Below, piece after piece: positions 11,607 through 21,496 of a stretch of DNA of 64,000 bases. The position numbers and the translations under genes are program-made. A model generated the notes under the pieces. That model worked only from the letters and a program-made list of their open reading frames with translations, had not been told where the DNA came from and searched no databases. Numbering within the stretch: the stretch's first letter is position 1; every line of letters starts with the position of its first letter. The stretch is from positions 640,001 to 704,000 of the forward strand of contig CAWJDT010000001.1 of NCBI GenBank assembly GCA_963841735.1. Direction: 5' to 3'. This DNA is from an uncultured Actinomycetes bacterium (GTDB lineage Bacteria; Actinomycetota; Thermoleophilia; RBG-16-64-13).

Positions 11607-11682
11607 ACCAACCCGCCCGGCATCTTCTGCGCTATCCTCAGCCCGGTGCAATCAATCGGAGTGTTGGAGGAGAGGAGCAGCG

Positions 11683-12078
11683 ATGGACATGGAAGTCTTC
11701 TTCCCCGGCAACAAGCGGGTCCACGCCCGTTACAGAGGTTTCTTGATCGAGACTGACCAGCCGGTGGCAAGCGGAGGAGACGCGAGCGCACCTGCCCCCT
11801 TCGATCTCTTCATGGCCTCGATTGGAACGTGCGCGGGAATATACGTGCTGTCCTTCTTGGAACAGCGCGGGCTCTCCACCCAAGGGGCAGGTGTCAACCT
11901 CAGTTCAGAACGAGACCCTGAGACCAAGCTTGTGTCCAAGATCACGCTTGAACTGAAATTGCCGCCGGAATTCCCCGACAAGTATCGAGACGCCGTGATC
12001 AGGGCGGCCGAGCAATGCGCCGTCAAGCGTCACCTCGACCACCCACCCGCCTTCGAGACCTACGTGACCGTGGGCTGA
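11683..12078 (+). CDS. OsmC family protein
   Basis: IETDQP..GG..APAPFDLFMASIGTCAG and CAVKRHL; strong SD. Confidence 0.88.
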   Translation: MDMEVFFPGNKRVHARYRGFLIETDQPVASGGDASAPAPFDLFMASIGTCAGIYVLSFLEQRGLSTQGAGVNLSSERDPETKLVSKITLELKLPPEFPDKYRDAVIRAAEQCAVKRHLDHPPAFETYVTVG

Positions 12079-12096
12079 GGCCCTAGGTTGCGCCGC

Positions 12097-12435
12097 CTAG
12101 GAGGCGGCGGGAGGCTCGCCTTCATTCTGTGGGGCCTGCGCCGCAGCGGCCTTGGCCGCCGCTTCGGCCTCAGCTTTGGCGGCTGCATCGGCTTTGAGTT
12201 TGGCTATTTGATCCTCAAGCTGTGACATGTCCGTCAAGTACTTCACCCGCAGGGCATCGTCCACTTGACGGCCGCGGTGAACGTCGAAGGCGAGATGGCC
12301 GAGCTTCTTGGCCAAGCCATCCAGCTGCATCTCCAGCTGCATCTCTTCGACCTTGAGCTTGCCCTTGTCCAGCGCCACCTTGGCTTCCTCGCCGACCCGC
12401 TTGAATCCTTTGCCCAGTTTGTCCTTAAGTGCCAT
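12097..12435 (-). CDS. Hypothetical coiled-coil protein
   Basis: AGGAGG SD; helical Lys/Ala/Glu-rich 112-aa ORF. Confidence 0.7.
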   Translation of the reverse strand: MALKDKLGKGFKRVGEEAKVALDKGKLKVEEMQLEMQLDGLAKKLGHLAFDVHRGRQVDDALRVKYLTDMSQLEDQIAKLKADAAAKAEAEAAAKAAAAQAPQNEGEPPAAS

Positions 12436-12644
12436 GAGCGAACCCTCCTTGTCGGACCGCGCGGCTGTCCCGCGGGTCTTGAATCGAACACATTCCAGTC
12501 GCTCTCTTGAACTGACTATTATAGGCTACCCACAATAGGGCGCCGAAACAACCTAACTGTGGGCGGTGGGAGCGGTCACCGTGTTTGCCGGTGCTATTAT
12601 TCGGGCGCCCCACCAACTCAGGCCCCGCACTCGAGGAGAGGCTC

Positions 12645-13982
12645 TTGGAACTCGCGGTCCCATTTCGCGCATGGCGGTACGCCTCCACGGCCGGCGATCC
12701 AGCGCGGCTGGTCGCGCCGCCCTACGACGTCATTGGGCCCGAACTCCAGTCCCGCTTGTACACGAGCGACCCCCACAACGTGGTCCGGGTGGACCTTGGC
12801 ATAACCACCCCGAGCGACAACGACTGCGACAATCAGTACACAAGAGCCGCGGCCTATCTCGAGCGGTGGAAGAAAGCGGGCGTCCTACTCCGCGACTCCC
12901 AGCCGTCGATGACCTTTGTGGAAGAGAACTTCACCGGCCCCGACGGCCAGGCGAAGATCCGCCATGGCTTTCTGGCCGCGATGCGCCTGTATGACTATGG
13001 GGAAGGCGTCATCTTTCCGCACGAGGAGACGCTCACCGGTCCCAAGGAGGATCGTTTCCGGCTGATGGCGGCCACTGCCATGAATCTCAGCCCCGTCTTC
13101 CTGCTGTATGAGCTTCCCGGCGACGACATCACACGCGCCTGGAAGGCCGGCCCCGGCACCGAGCCGGCGGCGGTCACCGTGACCGACGACAAGGGCAACG
13201 CGACAAGAATGTGGCCCTCTTCCGTTCCCGGCATTCTACAGAAGGTCGAGCAGAGCCTAGCCGGGTCGCGTTTCATCATCGCCGACGGCCATCACCGCTA
13301 CGAGACAGCTCTGCGCTACAGGGAGCACCGGTGGGCAAAGCCCGGCGACGGCCTGGTCGCTCGTCCCGCGTTTGACTACTTCTTGGCCTACTTCAGCAAC
13401 ATGGCCGATCCGGACCTGGCCATCTACGCCACTCACCGCTTGGTGGCAGGTGTCGGTGCCGCCAAGGTGGCTGCTTTACCTGACTCACTCCCGCAATGGT
13501 TCGAGGTGGAGCGCTTGACCGCGGGGCCCACTACGGCTGTTGAGGCTCAGACCACTACGGAGGCATTCCTTCGCGACCATCCCAGGGGAGCTTTCGCCTT
13601 GTGGGGAGCGGATCTTGGTGCCGCCTACGGCCTCCTATTGAAAGACCGGGCCGCCGTCCAGGCGATGGTTCCAGAACACAGCGCCGCCTATCAGGAGCTC
13701 GATGTCACCGTGCTCCAGACACTCGTCCTGGAGAGGGCTTTGGGAATCACCGCCGCAGACATGGCGGCAGGACAGCACGTGACATTTTTCAAAGACCCAG
13801 GCGACGCCTTTGCCCGATTGGGCGAAGGAGAATTCCAGGCCGGGTTCTTTTTGAACCCCACGGGGATGAATCAGGTGCGCGAAGTGGCGTTCGGAGGAGA
13901 GCGCATGCCACAGAAGGCCACCTACTTCTACCCCAAACTGCCCACCGGGCTGGTCTTTCACGACCTGAGCAGCCGGCTCTAG
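12645..13982 (+). CDS. DUF1015 family protein
   Basis: PFRAWRY, APPYDVI, PHEETL, IIADGHHRYETA, MPQKATYFYPK; TTG start after GAGGAG. Confidence 0.9.
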   Translation: MELAVPFRAWRYASTAGDPARLVAPPYDVIGPELQSRLYTSDPHNVVRVDLGITTPSDNDCDNQYTRAAAYLERWKKAGVLLRDSQPSMTFVEENFTGPDGQAKIRHGFLAAMRLYDYGEGVIFPHEETLTGPKEDRFRLMAATAMNLSPVFLLYELPGDDITRAWKAGPGTEPAAVTVTDDKGNATRMWPSSVPGILQKVEQSLAGSRFIIADGHHRYETALRYREHRWAKPGDGLVARPAFDYFLAYFSNMADPDLAIYATHRLVAGVGAAKVAALPDSLPQWFEVERLTAGPTTAVEAQTTTEAFLRDHPRGAFALWGADLGAAYGLLLKDRAAVQAMVPEHSAAYQELDVTVLQTLVLERALGITAADMAAGQHVTFFKDPGDAFARLGEGEFQAGFFLNPTGMNQVREVAFGGERMPQKATYFYPKLPTGLVFHDLSSRL

Positions 13983-14003
13983 CACCCTAGCGGCGCCGGA
14001 GCT

Positions 14004-14780
14004 CTAGGAGTCCGCGCTCACCTCAAAGGGCTCGATGCGAAGAGCGTGGCCGTCGGAACCGACCTCCACCACCGCCCCTTCCAGCCACACGTCGCCGTCG
14101 GCCACTTCGAAGCGCACCGGTAGCTGCGTCAGCAGCCTCTCCAGAACGAGTTCCTTCTTGACACCGATCACAGAATCGCGTGGACCACACATGCCGGCGT
14201 CGGTCATGTACGCGGTGCCACCCGGCAGGACTCGGGCGTCGCCGGTGCGGACGTGGGTATGTGTACCTATCACGGCGCTCACCCGGCCGTCCAGGAACCA
14301 GCCCATCGCCACCTTCTCGCTGGTGGCCTCGGCGTGAAGGTCGACCAAGACGTTGCGCACGCCGTGCAATTGCTCCAAGGCCTCCTCTACCGCCTCGAAG
14401 GGTGAGCGCGCCGGGTTCATGTAGAGTTCGCCGCTGAGGTTGATGACCCCCAAGCGCCCCCCGGGGGTGTCGACCACCGTGACTCCCCGTCCAGGGTTGG
14501 AGGCAAGGAAGTTGAACGGGCGGATGATACGGGGATGCTCGTCCAGATAGCGATAGGTGTCGCGTTGCCGCCACACGTGGTTGCCGGTGGTGATCACGTC
14601 CACCCCCGCGGCAAAGAGAGCGTTGGCGTGGGCGGGCTTGATGCCCTTTCCCTCGGTGGCATTCTCACCGTTGACGATCACCGCGTCGGCAGAGAAGCGG
14701 CTGCGCAGCTCAGAGAGCTTGGCCACAAGCAGTTCCCGGCCGGGCTTGCCTATGACATCGGCAAAGAAGAGGAAGATCAA
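14004..14780 (-). CDS. ymdB: YmdB/TIGR00282 metallophosphoesterase
   Basis: DVIGKPGR, NGENA, TTGNHVW, DLHAEATSEK, GTHTHV, TDAGMCGP. Confidence 0.93.
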   Translation of the reverse strand: MIFLFFADVIGKPGRELLVAKLSELRSRFSADAVIVNGENATEGKGIKPAHANALFAAGVDVITTGNHVWRQRDTYRYLDEHPRIIRPFNFLASNPGRGVTVVDTPGGRLGVINLSGELYMNPARSPFEAVEEALEQLHGVRNVLVDLHAEATSEKVAMGWFLDGRVSAVIGTHTHVRTGDARVLPGGTAYMTDAGMCGPRDSVIGVKKELVLERLLTQLPVRFEVADGDVWLEGAVVEVGSDGHALRIEPFEVSADS

Positions 14781-15009
14781 AGAAGGCCTCCTATGCGCTC
14801 GTCCGAGCGCGCGATTATCCTAGCGGCTTCGCGACCCAGTTTACCGCACGAGCCTGAAGGTGCCGCGCCTCCCCCATGTGGAGCCCACCGATCCCTGCCG
14901 CCTGGTACTGAGGCATCCCGGCCAACAACCAACTTAGGTCTCATGGCCGCCGCTTGGCGACCCTCCTTAGCCTCGATACATCCGTTCAATCGAGACAAAG
15001 GAGCGCATC

Positions 15010-16338
15010 ATGACGAGTTCACGCCCCCCCTCCCGGCGCGCTTGGCCTGGGCGCCTTGGCCGCCCGCCGGCCGACGGCGCGCCACTGCGGACGATGTTTG
15101 CCGCCTTAGCCGCCCACTTCCGTCTGACCGTGGCGGCCAGCCTGTGCATCCTGGCCACGGGCGCTCTGCTCGTCCCCGGCTTGGTCTTCGGAGCCGAGAG
15201 TCCCCTTGCCGTGCCCATGGAAACACCTAGTGCCGTCACCTCGCCCTCGGCCGCATTGCCGGACGCATCCCTCCCGGTCGCGGATGGAGAACCCGTTCAG
15301 ACCGAGATCACGCAGGCCGCTGCGCCTATCGGAGACGCTCCGCTTGTCACTTTGCCCTGGGGCGACGGCGATAACCAGGTTGGCCTCTGCCGTCCCTCAG
15401 AGGGTCTCACCAGAGGCCCCGAAGCCCTGGCAGTCGCCCCCGACGGCCGCATCGCCGTGCTCGACTCGGTCAACCGGCGCGTTCTGTTGCTGGACGCCGG
15501 TGGACAGGTCACGGGTATGTTTGCGGTGGCTTTGACGGAGCCGCGGTTCCTCGCCGTCGATGACGACCGCCTCTACGTTCTCGACAACGATGCCGACCGT
15601 CGGCTGGCCGCCTTCGACTGGAACGGCGCCTGTGTGGGGCTCGAATACCTTCCCGCGCTCCAGGACGTGGTCACCGGCTTGTTCGCCACCGTCGAAGGGC
15701 CGTGCGTGGAGGTGGCCCACCGAACCTCGCTCCTGCTCTCCGGTACAGTTGTGGCCTCCGTCGCGGCGGTTACCGCGGCTGGCATCCCCGAGGCGAAAAC
15801 CGCGGCGCTCCCCGGCGGCCCCGCTCAGGCTCCCCTCCGCGCGCTGGAAGGGCGTCCGGTCGACCATGCCCTCGTCCGACTGGCGAGAGTGACCTTCAAG
15901 CCGGGGCAGAACCCGTCGATCAGATCTTTCAAGTTTGACAAAGCCAACTTCAAGTCCGCCAAGACCAACGAGCTCTCCCCGACCATCGCCTTGGGCCGCC
16001 CGATCGAGCACCTCGTATCCGTCGACGGGGACGGGAGCGGCGGGCTCATCGTGGGGGCACGCCTCAGCGAGCCTGAGACATGCGCTGTTGGGCAGGCCTA
16101 CCTAGCGCTTACCAGACTGGCCTCTTCCGGTGCCGGTGCCGCGGACGCCGCCTCGATGCACTCCACGGCAGCTGACTCTGCAGTTCTGTTACTGGCGGAG
16201 TCGTCGTTCGCCTACCTGGGTCAGCCCTACGTGGTAGCGCCCGATGGCCGGGTCTTCCAGCCCGTGGGCAGCGAAGAAGGCTACAGCATCTTTGTGCGCA
16301 GCTTCTCTGAAGGCGCGACCGTGAAGGTGGAGGTGTAG
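15010..16338 (+). CDS. Secreted/membrane-anchored hypothetical protein with NHL/beta-propeller-like repeats; start uncertain
   Basis: N-terminal hydrophobic segment; GPEALAVAPDGRIAVLDSVNRRVL, PRFLAVDDDRLYVLD, VVAPDGRVF. Confidence 0.6.
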   Translation: MTSSRPPSRRAWPGRLGRPPADGAPLRTMFAALAAHFRLTVAASLCILATGALLVPGLVFGAESPLAVPMETPSAVTSPSAALPDASLPVADGEPVQTEITQAAAPIGDAPLVTLPWGDGDNQVGLCRPSEGLTRGPEALAVAPDGRIAVLDSVNRRVLLLDAGGQVTGMFAVALTEPRFLAVDDDRLYVLDNDADRRLAAFDWNGACVGLEYLPALQDVVTGLFATVEGPCVEVAHRTSLLLSGTVVASVAAVTAAGIPEAKTAALPGGPAQAPLRALEGRPVDHALVRLARVTFKPGQNPSIRSFKFDKANFKSAKTNELSPTIALGRPIEHLVSVDGDGSGGLIVGARLSEPETCAVGQAYLALTRLASSGAGAADAASMHSTAADSAVLLLAESSFAYLGQPYVVAPDGRVFQPVGSEEGYSIFVRSFSEGATVKVEV

Positions 16339-16340
16339 CC

Positions 16341-17322
16341 ATGAAACGTATCCACTTGTTTACGGGAGGCCTGACCGCCCTGCTCACCGGTCTCTGCCTA
16401 CTGCTCAGCACCGCGGTTCCGGCCGCCCAAGCCGCCGTGCCCTACCTAACCCGCTCGGAGATCGTCGCTCGGGCGGAATCCGCAATCGGGCTCACCTACA
16501 CCTGGGGGAAGGAGAGCTGGGTCCCCAACACCGGGGTCGGAACGGGCACCGACTGCTCCGGTTTGGTCCTCAAATGCTGGGAGGTCCCCAGGACCATGCT
16601 CTACCAAGAGGAGGATGGGCTGAACGCGACCATCTCTCCCCGCTACACCACCTACCACTTCTACAACTGCCTCGGTCCTTGGTATGCGCTGAGCAGCCGC
16701 TCTTTGCTCAAGGAAGGTGACATCCTCGCATACAACGACGGCACCTCAGGACATGTGGTCATCTACGCCGGCGGCGACGTCTGGAACTATCCGATAGTAT
16801 ACGAGGCGCCAGGCACCGGGCTCACGATCCGTAGAGCGAGCCGCTATTTCAGCAGCGCCTATCTGCCTAGACGCCGCGATTCCTTGCTTGAGACCAGCTC
16901 GCTCATCCTCGACAACCCCACGGCCAAGAGCACTGCCGGTAGCGACCTTGGCGGCAACTGGACCCGCTCCACCAATGTCTCCGGATACTACGGCGACAAC
17001 TATCAGACCCACGCGGCCACCACGGAGACCGCTTGGGCGCGCTGGACGCCCCGGATCCCCGCAAGCGGCCGGTACGCCGTGTACCTCCGCTGGACATCGG
17101 CGAGCGACCGCGCCAGCAATGCCACAGTGCACGTCAACACTCCGGCCGGGCAGTACTCGCTCTACGTCAACCAGCGATACAACGGGGGTTATTGGTGCAG
17201 CGTGGGGACCTACTACTTCAACGCCGGCGTACTCCACCGGTACAGGAAGCGTCAGCATCTACGCCACCGGAGCCAACGGGTATGTCATCTGCGATGCTGT
17301 GAAGCTGGTCCCGCTGCTGTAG
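16341..17322 (+). CDS. Secreted NlpC/P60-like hydrolase with C-terminal golvesin/xanthan-lyase-type CBM domain; one indel near 17225
   Basis: Signal peptide; YTWG..DCSGLV..GDIL..GHVVIY; C-terminal ARWTPRIPASGRYAVY..VNQR..GGYW..GTY, continuing as YVICDAVKLV in ORF 16888..17322. Confidence 0.72.
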
Positions 17323-17402
17323 CCCCAGCGTCACGACCCTGCGCGTTGTCGCCCAGAGCCGAAACCGAAACCGGGCACCCTCGCGACCGGGCTGGTCGCA
17401 AC

Positions 17403-17434
17403 GGAACCAGGTCCGCCTTGGCGGATCTGGTTCC
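17403..17434. terminator. Hairpin between convergent genes
   Basis: GGAACCAGGTCCGC-CTTG-GCGGATCTGGTTCC. Confidence 0.6.
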
Positions 17435-17442
17435 CCGCGTCG

Positions 17443-17486
17443 CGGCCCCTAGGCTGTCCCGCCGGCCCCTAGGCTGTCCCGCCGGC
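17443..17486. repeat. 20-bp perfect tandem duplication
   Basis: CGGCCCCTAGGCTGTCCCGC x2 plus partial CGGC. Confidence 0.85.
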
Positions 17487-17506
17487 GCATAGCCGGTCGC
17501 GGCGAC

Positions 17507-18616
17507 TCAGTCCCGCCTCGCGAGTCTGGGAGCAATCGCAATCTTGTAGATCCTGCGCAGGCTGGCTTTTCGAGACGGGTGCAGCAGAGGTTCAACATCA
17601 GCCGGCAGGCAGCCAGACGGTCCGTCGGCATCGGTGTTCGATGCAGGCGCAGTGCCCCGCGAAGCGGCGGCGCTGCCCACCGGGGCGCTCGAGCGGCTAG
17701 CGAGGGCCCAGATGACCTCAGTCGGCATCCCGCCGTAGTCTGCTATCTCTTGCCGACTCTCCACTGGGTCGAATCCATTCAGCATAAGCAGGCTGCTTAA
17801 GGAGTTCTTCGTGAAGTAGTTGATATGGGTCACAGGATCGGCTTCCAGAGCGAAGCCGGCCCAGATTTCCTGGGGAACCTCAGCGTATAGGATCCCGTTA
17901 TCGACAAGGTGCCGTCGCAGGAATGAGACAAGGCGGCCAATGTCACTCACGTGCTCAAGGACGTGGCTGCATACGATGAGGTCGAAGACCTCATCGCCGG
18001 CGAAAGCATCCATGTCGTCACAGATCTTGGTCACGCCCGGTAGGGTGCGGTCGCTGTAGTCAACTATGTAGCATGAGTGGCCCGCATCAAGGAACGGCCT
18101 CATCAGCTTGCCGTTTCCCCCGCCGTAGTCCAGTACTCTGAGCCTTCCCGGCGCGAGATGTGGGAGGCAGCGCTCGTATACTCTCCCAGCCCGCGCGAGG
18201 TCCGATCTAAGCGCGTGAGAGTCATAGCCAGCCTGCCCACCAACGTCCGGCTCGTGCTCTTTCAGAAAAGCGTACTTGGCAGCTACCTCATCGTCCGTTG
18301 GCCGAGGCGAATAGGCCACGAACCCGCAGTCGACACAGCGGGCCGCTGTCAATGTGACGGTGTCCTGGGCGGGAAACCACACTTCGAAGAGCACTCTTCT
18401 TCGCAGGAGTTGATAGGGGGAGAGACGGCGACGCGTGACGAGTCGTCTTCTGGGTCTGGCGAGCAAGAGGATACGGCCGACCGTCCCTAGCCTGTGCCGA
18501 GCGGACGCCAGGGGCAGGCGTCCACGCCGCATACTGTCCGTCCGCGAGTAGAGGAAAGTCTCCTCCCGCACCCTTCTATCCCCGCCGCAAACGGGGCATG
18601 AGCAGTTAGTGATCAT
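17507..18616 (-). CDS. Class I SAM-dependent methyltransferase with N-terminal CxxC motifs
   Basis: CPVCG...CVDCG; VLDYGGGNG; FDLIVCSHVLEHV; LYAEVP; HINYF. Confidence 0.85.
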   Translation of the reverse strand: MITNCSCPVCGGDRRVREETFLYSRTDSMRRGRLPLASARHRLGTVGRILLLARPRRRLVTRRRLSPYQLLRRRVLFEVWFPAQDTVTLTAARCVDCGFVAYSPRPTDDEVAAKYAFLKEHEPDVGGQAGYDSHALRSDLARAGRVYERCLPHLAPGRLRVLDYGGGNGKLMRPFLDAGHSCYIVDYSDRTLPGVTKICDDMDAFAGDEVFDLIVCSHVLEHVSDIGRLVSFLRRHLVDNGILYAEVPQEIWAGFALEADPVTHINYFTKNSLSSLLMLNGFDPVESRQEIADYGGMPTEVIWALASRSSAPVGSAAASRGTAPASNTDADGPSGCLPADVEPLLHPSRKASLRRIYKIAIAPRLARRD

Positions 18617-20270
18617 CAGCGTGATCCAATGGAGTGCCTTTCCGAGTCGAGTCGCCGCCTTTGGGCCGGGAGCGCTTGAAGACCGCACGGAGCATGTCTG
18701 CTGTTTCGGCAAGCTCCGGCATCCTGACAAGCTTCGATACGGCCAGGAAGACGGCAAGTCCCACCACGGTGCACGTCACTAGGCGGAGTGAGTAGCTACC
18801 GGAACTTACACTTGTCACCGAGGCGAGAGCGAAGTCAACGGCCCAGACCACGGCCCCCATCACCGCCGCGGCCCCGACGACCCGCATAAGAGAACGCGCG
18901 ATACTTCTGAGTCCGATCGCCCCGATCTTCCGCCGCAACAGCCAAGCAAGCACCACGAAGTTTACGGCTAGGGCCAATGTCGTTCCCAGCGCTAGACCAC
19001 CGACGCCGAGAGGCCGCATCAACAAGTATGACAGGCCTACGCTGACCACCACGGTGGCTATGCCGATCTTGATCGGGGTTCGTGTGTCATGGTGCGCGTA
19101 GAACACACGGGTCAGGGTATCCCGACCGGCATATGCATAGAGCCCAAGCACCAGGAATAGGAAGGCCCATGTGGTCCGCGCCGTGTCGTCGGCGGCGAAG
19201 TCGCCGTGCTGCAGGAGGAGCCCCACGATGGGATAGCGCATCAAGATCAGCCCCACTGTCACCGGTATCAGTATGAACCCCATCATTCGGAGAGCATAGT
19301 CGAGAGTAGCCCTGACGCGTTCGGGTGCCCGTGCGGCCACTTGCTCCGAGAGGAGCGGGAAGATGGGAATCGCTATGCCGGCGACAAAGAGCCCGAGCGG
19401 AAGCTGAAAGAGCTTCTCTGCATAGCTCAGACTGGTGACGGCCCCCCCCTCCAACGTTGTAGCCAACATCTGGCTTGCGAAGATACCAACCGCCCCCACC
19501 GCGGATCCAAGCAGGATGGGCCACACCATCCCCCCCACTTCTCGCACGGCTGAATCGCGCCAGTCGATGCGGAAACGGTAGCGGATCTCCTGATCGCGCA
19601 ACCCGGGAACAAGAGCCGCCAGCCCAATGACCCACCCAACAGCGGTAGCAATCGCCAAAGCCATAAGACCCATGCTCCGCGCCAGGACGATAGTGATCAC
19701 AAGAGTGGTCGCGGTGCCCGCCGCTGGCGCGAATGCGGCCAGCGCGAAACGGCGCAATGAGTTGAGCATGCCAATCAATAGCCCAGTTAGACCCTGAAAA
19801 GTGAACCCGAGCATCAAGACGCGGAAGAGAGGGACCGCCCTGGCGGCCGTGGCCGGGTCCTTGAAACCGAAACCCACCAGCGCCATGAGCCAGGGGGCGA
19901 CGATGATCAGCACCACCGTGATAGCAATCAAGACGAGGCAGATGATGTTGCCGATGTTGACCGAGAGCCTCCAGGCCTCTTCCTTCCGCCCAACGGCCAA
20001 TCGGTAGCTGAACAGGGGCACGAATGTTGCCGTAAGGGCAGCCGCGACGCTTACCACCAGCATGTTCGGAAGCCTGAGGGCTAAGTAGAAGGCATCCGTC
20101 GCATTGTCGGCTCCAAAGAAGTATGCAACGGCGATATCTCGCGCCAGACCGATGCCCCGCCCCACCAAAGTCGCGAGGGTGATAATGAGAGCAGCCCTCC
20201 CCACCACGGACCTGACCGACCGGCTCGGCTCTGCGCCGGGGGCCGGAGGTGGAACCACGGGAGTATTCAC
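18606..20270 (-). CDS. murJ: MurJ/MviN-family lipid II or polysaccharide flippase
   Basis: GLARDIAVAYFFGA..TDAFYLA.RLPN, SLSYAEKLFQLPLG, RVFYAHHDTRTP; many TM helices. Confidence 0.9.
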   Translation of the reverse strand: MNTPVVPPPAPGAEPSRSVRSVVGRAALIITLATLVGRGIGLARDIAVAYFFGADNATDAFYLALRLPNMLVVSVAAALTATFVPLFSYRLAVGRKEEAWRLSVNIGNIICLVLIAITVVLIIVAPWLMALVGFGFKDPATAARAVPLFRVLMLGFTFQGLTGLLIGMLNSLRRFALAAFAPAAGTATTLVITIVLARSMGLMALAIATAVGWVIGLAALVPGLRDQEIRYRFRIDWRDSAVREVGGMVWPILLGSAVGAVGIFASQMLATTLEGGAVTSLSYAEKLFQLPLGLFVAGIAIPIFPLLSEQVAARAPERVRATLDYALRMMGFILIPVTVGLILMRYPIVGLLLQHGDFAADDTARTTWAFLFLVLGLYAYAGRDTLTRVFYAHHDTRTPIKIGIATVVVSVGLSYLLMRPLGVGGLALGTTLALAVNFVVLAWLLRRKIGAIGLRSIARSLMRVVGAAAVMGAVVWAVDFALASVTSVSSGSYSLRLVTCTVVGLAVFLAVSKLVRMPELAETADMLRAVFKRSRPKGGDSTRKGTPLDHADDH

Positions 20271-21496
20271 CGTCTACCCCGAGACGCAAGCTCGAAGGCC
20301 AACTGAGCGGTATGCCCAGCTGTTGCCCGGAGAGGCGCGACCGCGCGTGCCAGCGCCGCGCGCCGCGCGGGCAGGTCCTCCGCGGTCTGCATGATGGCTT
20401 CGACAAGCCGGGCTGCTCCAACTGCCATGACTTGAGGCCTACCCCCGGGCGACTCGACCGGCTCTCCCACCGATCGTGGCTCCAGATCGTCGATGGTGAC
20501 CGTCCAATCTGTCTGCCTGGTCTGAGCGGCAAAGGCCCGGGTCTTTGGATCGTAGTCGATAACGACCGCCGGCGTACCCGCAACAGCGGCCAAGATGCCG
20601 CTGTGTAGGCGCATGCCGACCACCATATCGGCCGCTCCAAGGACCGCGGCCAACAGAGCGGGCGAAGCAGACGGAGTGAGCACGTGCGCATGACCAGCCA
20701 AGCCGGGCCGCTCCGCAAGGGTCTCGCACACGGGCAAGTCTTGCACTTCGTGAAAGCAGACGAATACCACCTTGAGATCCAACTCGGCCCTTGTCTTCTC
20801 CAAAGCCTCGCCGAGATTCTCGATATATCCCCTGCGACGCACCCAGTATCGAGGACAGACCGCCAGATAGCGGGTGCCGGGAGAGACTCCGGAGAATGCG
20901 GCCCACTCGGAGGCTTCCTCCGACGACGCAGGCTGGATCGCGTACGCTGGATCGGGCACTATCAACTGCACCGGTGCGCGCACGCCCACTTCGTATGCCA
21001 GACTGGCCGACTCCCGGTCGCGCCAGGTAACCACCTGCGACGCCGAACCGGCCACGGCGACCAGACGCCGCGCCCCTCTCGTGTGCAAAGGCCCCAGCCC
21101 CTGTCCGTACCACATGACGGGGACTCTCTCCATCCGGGCCATCATGACCACCGAGAGAAAGTACGGCACGGGGCGCAGTTTGCCCTCTCGGAGCAGGAAC
21201 GAACGGCGCTGGATCTCGAAATCGGCTTCGTGCAGGAAGCCGCCGCCCCCGCTGATGAGCAGGTCCGCGGCCCTGATTATCGCGCGCAGCTGCAGCGGCG
21301 ATCGTAGGCTGGCTCGAAGTGACTTCAGCCGGCGCCCCGGCATATGATGGCGCCACTCGGTGTCCTCTGGGTCTGATGAAAGTACGCAAAACCGAGCATC
21401 GAGATCTCGCTGTTCGAGTTCCTGGAGAATAGCGGCCAGGATGGCTTCGTCGCCGACGTTCTTCTCGCCGTAATAGCCGCTTATCAGATAGTTCAA
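20267..21496 (-). CDS. csaB: Polysaccharide pyruvyl transferase CsaB
   Basis: LISGYYGEKNVGDEAIL, LISGGGG, GQGLGP, TWRD, GMRLHS, IDYDPK. Confidence 0.88.
   Translation of the reverse strand: MNYLISGYYGEKNVGDEAILAAILQELEQRDLDARFCVLSSDPEDTEWRHHMPGRRLKSLRASLRSPLQLRAIIRAADLLISGGGGFLHEADFEIQRRSFLLREGKLRPVPYFLSVVMMARMERVPVMWYGQGLGPLHTRGARRLVAVAGSASQVVTWRDRESASLAYEVGVRAPVQLIVPDPAYAIQPASSEEASEWAAFSGVSPGTRYLAVCPRYWVRRRGYIENLGEALEKTRAELDLKVVFVCFHEVQDLPVCETLAERPGLAGHAHVLTPSASPALLAAVLGAADMVVGMRLHSGILAAVAGTPAVVIDYDPKTRAFAAQTRQTDWTVTIDDLEPRSVGEPVESPGGRPQVMAVGAARLVEAIMQTAEDLPARRAALARAVAPLRATAGHTAQLAFELASRGRR

Noticed and set aside
14790-15005. 6S RNA or c-di-AMP/c-di-GMP riboswitch between ymdB and the secreted pair
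   Set aside because: Only a short GCCTGAAG...CCCACC resemblance; no rod-like pairing or riboswitch consensus visible. An Rfam scan would settle it.
17443-17486. Tandem repeat as a mini-CRISPR
   Set aside because: No spacer between the copies and no cas genes; no CRISPR array was seen anywhere in the window.
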